A DNA stretch of 61,452 nt, counting the filler, from Choristocarpus tenellus KU-1152 (taxonomy: Eukaryota > Protista > Phaeophyceae), in NCBI GenBank assembly GCA_964200185.2. It is 8 parts of 8 records of this genome, joined end to end, with 100 filler letters (N's around TTAATTAATTAA, not from the genome) between each part and the next. Parts side by side here need not be neighbours in the genome. Positions count along the whole stretch, not along the records: positions 42,895 to 56,504 come from CAXNAD020001435.1; positions 56,605 to 61,452 come from CAXNAD020012810.1; 6 more parts are not named here. One strand, written 5' to 3'. Both the position numbers and the translations under genes were made by a program. Position 1 is the first letter of the stretch. Every line of letters starts with the position of its first letter. The notes beneath the pieces were generated by a model that had not been told where the DNA came from, did no database searches, and worked only from the letters and a program-made list of their open reading frames with translations. This document shows, one piece after another, positions 51,711-61,452 of the stretch.

Positions 51711-54700
51711 TTCGCTCAAGATCAAAAACTGTTAAAGAGGGGTAAAGAATGATGTCACCAAAAGCCCTTCTCATATATTCATCATTCACGCAATCTCTTC
51801 AGACTATAAGACAAAAGACATCTGCAAGCTGTTGTCTACGTACTCAAATTACAAAACTTTCTGCAACTCCCAGGGATTAACGTCTATTCTGTGAGGCTAT
51901 GCTTTTCAAATCTTACTCTACATCTCTTATCAATTCAACAACATTCCTCATGAATGAATTCTTACATATGTATACTGTTCACATATGTTTACACATGGAA
52001 AGAAATGCTCGCATTATTCGCCTGTAACCACAAGTACTTCCTCTCGCCAATCATCCTACGTGCACCACCAAAAGATCTTACCATCGACTTTGTCAATTGC
52101 TGTAACAATCATGTATCCCTCATCATTCGTGCTCCTCACACTTCAAATCTCCAACTCCCTTTCGCCACTATCCCACCAACTTGGTGGTGTTTACACAACA
52201 ATCAATAGCATATTCAGTACCTGTACGCAGTACTAGCACTTAAAAATTAATTTGAAGATTGAAACAAAAAACAAAACAAATGTAAGAACTCTATTAAGGA
52301 AATACAGTTGAAGGGTACTATACCATAGTACACGTGCTTCTGCGAGAAGTAGTCCTTGCTCCGATAAGAATCTCCATAGACCAATCGGCCGACCGAGGTT
52401 GGTACCCTTTGCAGCACAGACACAGCATTGAAGAACATTTCCCGATCTACATCTGTTAGGGAACGAATCTCCCGACGCACATACTTCACCATCACCTTGA
52501 ACGACATTGAAACTCTCTTCCTCAAAATTTTCTCGCCCATGGCCTCCTCCAACCCTTCCTCAAGTGATGATCCGGAGCTCAGAGAAGGTCCAACTGTCGT
52601 CACCCCCTCCGTCGACAGCATCAGTGACTCTTGAGACTTCTGGACGCAAGGGCTCCTTCTTGACACACTTGTGTGGATATCTTCTACACCAGCTTTGACC
52701 ACCGGTGAGAGATCTTCTGCCCCTGCCAAAGCTGCTGATGGTTCCTTCATAACATCATATGCTGTTACTGTACACTGTTCAACGTGGGGACAAAGACAAC
52801 GTAGTACACACCCGAAGGATCAAGGATAGTAATAGAGGGACCAAAAAAAGTGGCAAAAGGTCAGGGAGTCAGGAAAGTGTGTGAGTTGAAGGCGGGCATA
52901 CATATATGACATTAAATATATGTACCCAGTAGATACAGCAATTAAATTGGCATCATTTGTGTTATCCCATAGAGCAAAGCATTGAACTGCTGTTGCATAT
53001 TACAGAAATAGTACGTGTGGAAAAAATGGATTAACGAAACTTAGCTAGTCAGTCAACAGTGATGGTATTACTAACCATTGCATTCTGGGTTCCCCACTCT
53101 TGTGTGAAACATTTTGCTTCAACTTTTATGCAATGATCAAGTTAAAGATTAATATTTCTTAATAGAACATATTACTTTCCCGAGTTTTTAGGGCTGAAAT
53201 TATTACTGCAGGTTTTCTCCCATGTATATAGAATGCCACACTTGGACCAGCAGGTCTTACCACAGAATTACTTTGATACATCGATAAGAGATATTTGGTT
53301 GTGTTAGCAAGGTATGCAGGGTAGAATTATGTCACGCAAACCTTGGTCAAACTGCATACAGTCTACGGCATCATCTCACTTCAATTTTACACCTTCCCCC
53401 ATCTTGTTTCCACCTCTTTTTATCACGACATCAAGGTTTCAAAATGCCTGGTGTTGAAAGACACACATGAGTGTATCTCAAGTACCCAACACAGAAGAAG
53501 AGTGGAAATACAGCAAGAACCCTGGAGGACATACTCCTCTTGCCTCAGTGTGACATTTCTTGACACATGTCACACATTCATACAGCTGTTCTGCTCCATT
53601 CAAAACTTCTCAAGCACAGGGCCGACCCATCAAGGAAGAAGATTATTGCAGCTTGAAGACAGTAGGACTTTTCCAGCACTAAACATAATTGATGTTGAAT
53701 CTGGTTGATTGTCAGTATGGGGCCCTGATAGATGCTTGATGAGACACCAATGTCATTTCCTTGTACAATCAGTTCACTGTCATGCCTTCCATTATCCCTA
53801 TATGATGAAAGTGTGTAATGTCCAAGAACACATTACAACAAAAAAAACGTATACTGTTCCACTATTTCTGGTGCTATGTCGTAGTACATGATAAAGTTCA
53901 TTCTAATGTATAAATATGATCCTCCGGTTTCTTGCTGTGCCTAACAAGGAGGAAATTTATCCTGTCTTAAGACTCTTCCACAACAGTAGTGACCATAGGA
54001 AGTGCTGAAAGTGGTATCAAAAGACATAGCTTATGGTTAGTATTATTTGGTACAAATCTGTAGCATGGATATTTCATTACTAACATTTCGAGTGAGGACA
54101 GAAAATCCGGAATAGTGACTGGTAGACCAAACGTATATTTCAACACACTTTGTACTTAATTATTGATACCATGTTAATTTTCAATTTACGGGAGGAGGGC
54201 AACACAATATTGCCTGCTGGAGTTGTACACCAAAGGAACAGTGGATGTGGGATGGAGGAGGAAGTAGGGATCAAACAGTAGAGGTTAAAACTGCAGGTCG
54301 AAAACGGACGCTGGCACCCCCCCCCAGATACTTTGACCCTGCAATAATACCAATGCACATATAGGTGTAAAAAGGATTATCCCCTACCAAAACAGCACCG
54401 GCAAAAATTGAGACGGAGGAAAGAATGTGGGCATCCTGGGGGTGATGAACACAGAGTTGGCGTGATCGGCAGGACAGGGTGGCGATGGATAACTGTATTT
54501 ACTTATCTCTTGGAAAACCTAGTTTAGACACGCTGGTCGTAACGAATATTCCTAGTCTTATAAACGCTTGTCGTTTGATGGATGGTGTAGGTTCCGTTCT
54601 ACACACAACAAAGCGTAAACCAGACGCATCAAGAATATAACGCAGGTTACCATCGTGGCATTTCAAGCATTTGTAACACAGTGTAAACAACGGCACCACC

Positions 54701-56239
54701 TAAGTGACAGACTCTTGACGTTATCTTACATGATGGATGCCGACAGTCAAGAACATTACTTCCACTGTTGATCCGTAGCCCTGCAGGCTGCCATCCACCT
54801 CCCATCTGCACAAAATCGAGGAAAACACTCCGAGATCAGCGTGGTGCACCACCGTCAGTTAGAGGATGGGCCGAATCACCAAAAAGGACTCATTACCTGT
54901 ATTCCACTTCACCCGTGTTCCCCATTTCGTCCTGCACCTCCATGGTAGATGACCTGAACGGCTCTGCTATATGCTCCCATGGTACCGGTCTAACGGGATG
55001 TCTTCGGTGTAAGAGTTGAAGAGGTTCACTACTAATTGGATGTCCGCAGTTTCATTTGTTAACTTGTCGTCTGTGAACCCTCCACAGGTCGAAGCCTCGA
55101 CCAATTGTAGAGAAGACGACCTCGGCACGTCCTGTCGCAGTCGAAATTCTGACACATAAGCACCGATTAAGAGTAGAACGAACATAGGGTAAGCCAGCCG
55201 TGCTGCTCGTCCAAACCATTGTCGCGGGACAGAACCCACCCGAGATTGGGGGGCACTCTCAATCGACCCGTAGGATCTGTATGGCGCCATTATCGAACCT
55301 ACAGAGTGGTAGTAAGACCTAATCTTGTGAAGGATATTTGGAGGGGAAGGTCATCCATTGGCTTCCTCTTAATTTCACATGGGTTATGACGTTTTAGAAA
55401 TGTATCTACAAAATATATCCCATGTCATAACAACCTTCATGAAAGTATCCGTTCTAAAAATAAAACAATTTTTTTTGAAATGGGAAAGTTTGTAAAGTAA
55501 TCTGAGTTTTGTGGGCGGAAGAATTCTGGTTGGTTGGGGCACAAGTTAAGCAAGGAAGGGGATAATAAAGAAATAAAAGTATCAAGGAGGGAACGAAGAG
55601 TTAAAGATTGAGTGGTTAAGAAAATAGGTCGCAGACGGAGGCATAAGGGGAGGAGGAATGAACAGTATTGAATCGAAGAGGAAACCTGAGGCTGGGGGAA
55701 AAGACGAGGAGGGCTAGATCAAGAGGATCCCCGAGCAAGCTATCGTCGGAATGGATCAAGGAAGAACCCGAGCAATCTTCCCTACAGTTGACAGAGGGAA
55801 GGGCCATGTGGAAAAGGCGGGGATGTGTGAGAACAAGATATACAAATGGTAGGGAATAGCTCCCAAGGTGAGGGGGACGATGACAGTGAAGATGAAAAAC
55901 ATCGTGGATAATTGTTCGGCAGGAATAGGACATGTGTAGTAAGTGCATAAATTTATGAATCGGGCCGATTCCGACGGTAATGGTCTTGGCAGAGAGGGGA
56001 GTACATGTTAATACTGCAGATTAACGAATAGTAGTGCAGGGTCCCGCAATAGTGTGGTAAATGCTTCTTGTCACTACACCGCACTAAAGTGGGACCCTTA
56101 CTGTATTGGCGCTTGGAGGATTGTATCGATAGTTGGAGGATTGACAAATAACTTGACAGGAGAAAAATATTTATGGTTAGAAACTATGTTTGTCTGTTGT
56201 TATACCGATTGAGGTTGTGTTCTAAGAACTTCAGTAAAA

Positions 56240-56504
56240 CTGTGCGGGGGATATTGGAAGTGGCACCCACTACGAGGGCTCCTTTGATCCTCTTTGTTAT
56301 AACCTCAACACCTTTGCGGTGGAAAGTTTTGGGCGCCTCGGCAAGCAAGCGGAATGCCTCCTGGATGAGCTGGCTACCCACATAGTAGGAGGGAGAGGAG
56401 GGAGAGGAGGGAGAGGAGGGAGAGGATATGGCAGGAAAGGAGTAGTTAAATCCAGGCTACGCCAAATTGTTTCGGTGACTAAGCAAGTGGCATTGTCTCG
56501 ACGT
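56240..56504 (+). mobile_element. RLE-type non-LTR retrotransposon 3' relic
   Basis: HYEGSFDPLCYNLNTFAVESFGRLGKQAECLLDELATHIVGG...KSRLRQIVSVTKQVALSRR. Confidence 0.75.
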
Positions 56505-56604
56505 NNNNNNNNNNNNNNNNNNNNNNNNNNNNNNNNNNNNNNNNNNNNTTAATTAATTAANNNNNNNNNNNNNNNNNNNNNNNNNNNNNNNNNNNNNNNN
56601 NNNN

Positions 56605-59600
56605 ACCCCTGTAGAAAGCTGCTGGCTTATAAACAGCCTTGCACGTAAGGACAATACAAAAAAAAAAAATGTACACAATATTCGAATCAATGTAAGGCCC
56701 ATTGTGGGAGGAGGGGGAGGAAGGGGAGCTAAGGCGATATTTCTTAGTGACAGGGATGCATTCTCCCATTTCATTTGTCTGATCCATTCTGGTGCGGCAT
56801 GGGGAGAGGTAAACGAAGTGAAAGATTAAGGGATCCCGTGATGTACCTGGGTGCACTTCTTGTTGCCCAGTACATCTCAATGACTAGGACAACAAGTGAT
56901 AAGGAAAAAGATATTCAATCCCTAACCTCTCAAAGATGTATTGTGCTGTAGTTCCTCAATTGCATAAAATCGTAAGTGCTACAAGTACTGCAAGCCTGCA
57001 GCACTGAAATCTCTCTCTCTCTCTCTCTCTCTGAGAGGACTGTGCAGTGGAGGTTGAGGTAAGGTTGGCATACATTTATCAGCCAGTGCTTATTATCAAA
57101 TCTCACTTTAAAATGGCAAACATCCATTATTACAGAGAGCGCATCCCTTTATTACCTCGAAAATTATTGAGGCAAATGACAACATCCCCCACTTGAATAA
57201 TACCTTTTTTCTCTCCTGCAAGCAAAGTGTTGTGATGACATCCATTTACACCTCAACAGTCACCTTAATCGAAAAAATATGGTGGTGACAGCTCGCACCC
57301 AGCATCCAACCCAGCCCGCTTTCAACGTTGTACTCAAGTCCCATATACATCGACTACACAGTGTGTCCCTTTCAGCGACTAGTCTGGTCCTTCTCCTTGA
57401 TGGAGTGGCATCTATGCCACTCCAATTGTTCGAGCAATGATGTTGAGCATTGAGCAGAATTACATCACAGGCACATACCCTCAAGCACCTCTGCCGTCTC
57501 CCCTTTCAATACACGACGGATTCCATGCATAGGGGTAAGTATCATCACCGCAAAGTTCACCTTTGAAAAAAAAAAATCCCTTAGGCAAACACGATGTCTA
57601 CATACAACTAGACATGGTCTATCCCCTTAAACTTTCATCCAGTAGCAGTCTTTGGAGTCAGTGACAGGTAGAGTCAGAGCGCCTGGGAACTAAATGGTTG
57701 TTTTCAAGGCAAACACTTACTGCAGACACAATTGAGAAAGAACCAATGGTTGTTTCTTCTGTTCTCGTGCATTTGCTGATCTAAAAACTTATACTAGGTA
57801 GTATATGTCAGTCGGCAGTGATACCTCAAAAAGCATTTGACTGTATTTTACACGACCAGAGATTGTTAGAGACAAGCCTGCTTGAAAAACTGAAAAAACA
57901 ATAGAGCAAGTTGCCAAAGATCACATGGTTTGCGCAGTCATCCCCAAATGAGTTGAACATATAGAAAAACAAAGTCGACAAATATAAAACTCAAATACTC
58001 TGAAGACTTTACGTAAACAAACCAACTAACGCTAATGTAGATCTCTATTAAGTAATTCTTAACGGTATGTTAGGACAGCAACCTGCTCTGTGGTGGGGAC
58101 TGTCACAACATGATCCTTCAAAGCATTTTTATGTTCACAATATGTTTTTCATTTCCCCACGTAGAGCTACAGTAGGGAAGCATAAATAGGAAGGATTTCA
58201 TGCTGGGGAGTAGCTGAGCGGTGTGGCTAAGGATTGCGGCAATGTTTAGGGGAAACTTGATATAGCTAATGCTGGTGTGGAGTTCAACAGTGGGGCGAGA
58301 CTAACAGGACTACACCACAGTAGGACAAGTAAAGGATGTGAAATAAACTTGCAATGTCTATACGGTCTATACGTATCTCAAACAGAAGGATAAACACTTC
58401 AGACTCAACGCACCTTACGAGCGGCTTCATAGAGATGGTAATTAAGCCGGTTATTTTCTCGAATATCATCTCGACATCTCTCCAGCAGAATCACATTATA
58501 AAATCGCTGGGCCATCCGTGGATTAAAGTTGGAAGCGAAAATCTTGGTAGCAGCGAGGACCGCATGCGGGGACCACTCGTAAGGGGACGTGAGCCATAGC
58601 ACCTGCTCCCAGTTCGTGAGGGAAGGTATAATCTTGAAAGCCTTCGGGAGTTTTCCCGCTGTGTAAGTCTTGAGCAGCTTACCGATGGCCCCATATACCT
58701 CCTTAACCTTGGCAGGGAGCTCAGGTTCCCTATCATCATCCTCGTCACCCATTGCTGCCCGAGCCTCTCGTTCCTCCTTCTCCCTGATCTTCTCCATAAT
58801 GATGTCAGCGAGGGATCGGCGCTGAATTGGAGCCGAGCTCATGAAGTTCGCCACAAGCGTTTCCTCTGCCTCCGACATTCCAATTCCTTCCATGTAGTCC
58901 CCACCTTCATCACCCTCTCCCATGTCGTCATCAGAATAGTTGTCATTTTCTCCCTCCCCTTCGCTCTCTTCAATCGCGGGTTGACCTTGCTCCGGTATCC
59001 TTCCCCTGCCAACGCCCCCACCACTCCATCCTTGCACGCCCTCCTTCGCTATTTCATCGCGCTGCTCGCGGGCCTGCTCCAGGATACGCTTCGACATTTC
59101 CGGTGCCAAATATTCATCACCCTCATCATCATCGAGTTCATCGTTTCTCTTTCCGTCTGCCCTCTCACGACGTCGCGACGAATTGCCCGCCATCACTTCC
59201 CCGACGCCCGCAGCAGCTGTTGGGGTCCGCTGCTTTCTAGGTTTGCTACCATCGTCGGACATCTGAGATATTTTGATCAGTCATGAGGTAATGGAGAAAG
59301 GGGTGCTAACTCGAATTTGAGTCTCATCAATATTCTGTCAAAAGAAGAAGTTTCCACCGACTGCAGTACATCGCCGTTACAAAATTTCCTGCTACAATAG
59401 TACTGCTGCACTTATTCTCTCAGTTGACCATCCATCTCGCTATAGGACCAAAGTAGGCACAACACGCAGCTGGAAGAGCTACGCACTCTATACCTGACCA
59501 CCTGGCGACCATGCTATAGAGCCACGAGGTATGTGCTCTTGTTTGATGAAGCGACATTTACTCCAGAATAGGTGAGTACAGTGCAATTTTGAAATCAGTT

Positions 59601-59688
59601 CCCTTGACCTCACGCCCAGACCTACCTGAGTGGCAAGGGGTTGATGCCGGTTTCCAGGCCCCGTTTTTTCCTTTTTGTGCTTGGGCAT
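56605..59688 (-). CDS. BYSL: Bystin / Enp1 (40S ribosome biogenesis factor), 5' part. Exons 59688-59626, 59262-58414, 56637-<56605
   Basis: MSKRILEQAREQ, RSLADIIMEKI, KVKEVY.AIGKLLKTYTAGKLPKAFKIIPSLTNWEQVLWLT.P..WSPHA..AATKIFASN, LNYHLYEAARK|AVYKPAAFYRG. Confidence 0.96.
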
Positions 59689-60170
59689 GGCTGCACTTTG
59701 CCAGGACTTGAACTGCACGTCCAACAACGCAGTTTTGGCTGATCTAGTTAGTCCCTATATTGAACCATCTATAGATGTCGAGAGTGTATCACTTGGCACC
59801 CCAACTCCACAACCAGTTCCCTCCCACACAAATACTTTCCGCGAGCGAAAATAGTATGACACAATGGGACGCGCGACATGATTGCAACAAGAATTAGTGG
59901 TAAATATGCTAGAGTGTTCGTACAAAATGAAATAAATACATTATCCAAATTTGTTTATCACCCATAAGAAAATCCACTACGAAAATCAGATAGCGCAAAA
60001 TGAATTCCTATCAATAGAAAAAATGGAAAAAACAAGAAACGCCATCCGAAGGTGACAGGCAAATCCAAACTACCTTAAACAACAGGGTTAGTGGGTCTGA
60101 TGAGACGAAAGAGCAGTCTGCCGTAGCCTGTGTTAGCTTCCGTCTATTTCGACCCTTGCCTGGATATTCC

Positions 60171-60666
60171 TCAGTGGATTGAGTGATAGAGGTAGGTCTT
60201 TGTCGGAATGGTGTCGACTTCTATCGCTCGCCCTTTCTGCGGCCAAAGCAAGTGGGGATTGAAGCACAGGCTGGGTAACGGATGTGACTGGTCAAACGGG
60301 TTTTGATGCATTGCTTTTCGGAATGAACGAGGTCCGTATTTCGCAGGAACCGAAGCAAGTTGTTTGTTTAAGGCAGCACAGACAGCAGGCGAGGAGTTCT
60401 GGGTTAAAACAGGTTGAAGCATCGACGCGAGGGTCGCCAGTACATTGTTGACAACCTCTTGGTGTGGCAGCGAAGTTTGACTTGATACCTCATCGTGCAT
60501 GGACGTCCTGTTCTGGCGAGGTAGTCCCAGTTCCTTCCTAACGATTGGGTCTTCGGCTGAGCCAGCGAAAGGGTGTGACATGCTACCAAACACAACACGC
60601 GCATCTGCCATGGTACCCAAACCATAGTGAGTCTTGTCCTTGTACAATGCAGCCTTTGTAGCATTT
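60171..60666 (-). CDS. Unidentified ORF of more than 160 codons, open up to the 10-N gap
   Basis: Uninterrupted frame NATKAALYKDKTHYGLGTMADARVVFG...; no motif recognised. Confidence 0.3.
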
Positions 60667-60939
60667 NNNNNNNNNNGCTTCGATTGGATAATTCCTCTAT
60701 GAGATCATCAAACCTTGGAGTGTTGCCCCAAGGGTCTTACCGAGGCCATCATGCTTTTCACTATTGTTTCCAACTAGAAATAAGAAATTTGGTAACATTT
60801 GGTTATGAAAAACACTACCAGCAGAACATGGGGCGATAGATAAAGCTTTCCGATAGTGAATTTCGTTTTACGCAAACACTCTATTGCCCATTATATTTGT
60901 TTGGCTTCCTTTGCAGAAAGTAAAATCAATAGAACATGT

Positions 60940-61420
60940 TGACCATGGAAAGTTTTGAGGATTTGGTGTACAAGAAGAGATTTCCTTGATGAGTTGGCCA
61001 CCCATGTAGGGGGAAAAGGATCCGAAGAATACACCATGAAAGAATATTTTAAGACCCTTTCAGACACATGATGTCTGTAACTGTACAGGTTGCTATTCCA
61101 AGAAGGGTTATAGCACTTGAACTTGGAGACATCTGACCAATGGGCACACAGGGGCCTTTACAAACTCTAAGGGTTTTTCCCTCAGTTCTTGCCCACCGTT
61201 ATAAGGCTGGGCTGGATCAATATTCGTAGAAGTGGTAGTAGCAGTCTCTGGTTATGTACCAAGGTGCTGAAAGCTTCCACTTCAATGGTGTTGATGTTAA
61301 AACTATGAGGATCAAGAGATCCCTCATAGTGGATATGGTTTTGCACCTCAAGTGCCACAGCAGCGACACCATTGCTGATGAATGAGTTGTCCACGTGGCA
61401 AGCTGCCTGGACCTATGTAA
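60940..61420. mobile_element. Two opposed RLE-type retrotransposon relics (+ about 60940-61100; - about 61240-61420)
   Basis: Plus: MESFE.FG...LDELATHVGG. Minus: NGVAAVALEVQNHIHYEGSLDPHSFNINTIEVEAFSTL. Confidence 0.65.
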
Positions 61421-61452
61421 AAGTAATATCTGTCTCAAAGTATCTGGGAGGG

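Larger units (their letters stand above)
43494..55290 (-). pseudogene. Type-3 di-copper (tyrosinase-like) gene with an N-terminal membrane anchor, apparently disrupted. Exons 55290-54897, 54805-54730, 52774-52324, 50486-50253, 48693-48473, 46313-46175, 45225-45097, 43577-43494; 3' end missing
   Basis: KYVRREIRSLTDVDREMFFNA, CuA (KHVYYG-GWKDCDHWHGHPGFVTSH..FERALQAVNP.VSVPYWDFT), TNSYGQLKSAWN and CuB (AHGHIHEFMGGSW). Frameshift at 54981-54982, insertion with a stop at 50265-50286, and a phase conflict at about 48690. Confidence 0.8.

Noticed and set aside
7499-56604. Recurrent TTAATTAATTAA motif, and apparent clustering of ubiquitin-related genes (RING, cullin, OTU-like relics)
   Set aside because: The motif is an artificial linker and the genes lie mostly on different contigs. 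The MITE ends on either side of the 33691-33790 linker are both GACCC-type, so they are not one element.
58981-59286. Antisense ORFs overlapping bystin, and similar ones over the RING and ATRIP-like exons
   Set aside because: Shadow ORFs of real GC-rich coding exons.
60085-60135. CTGATGA-GAC-GAAA, resembling a hammerhead ribozyme core or SECIS element
   Set aside because: Only 3 nt are available for stem II, there is no valid stem III pairing, and the helix is too short for a SECIS.

Overview
Eukaryotic, intron-rich nuclear DNA. It is probably a stramenopile/brown alga, inferred from the TTAGGG tracts, gene architecture and tyrosinase family. The window is not one locus: eight short contigs are joined by artificial 100-nt linkers (N44-TTAATTAATTAA-N44), so neighbourhood across linkers is meaningless. 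Genes reconstructed from exons: strawberry notch (SBNO, 5' part), a possible ATRIP-like gene, a complete nucleoside diphosphate kinase, a RING plus UBR-like zinc-finger gene, a CUL1-like cullin (5' part), a type-3 copper/tyrosinase-like gene with several disabling lesions, and bystin (5' part). Non-coding DNA holds two MITE families that share terminal and subterminal motifs, a third short repeat family, relics of RLE-type non-LTR retrotransposons, a tyrosine recombinase fragment, minisatellites and many interstitial telomere-like tracts. I found no clearly novel multi-gene system. The best leads are repeat-built splice signals in SBNO, the shared-end MITE pair, and an apparent transposon footprint in the tyrosinase-like gene.
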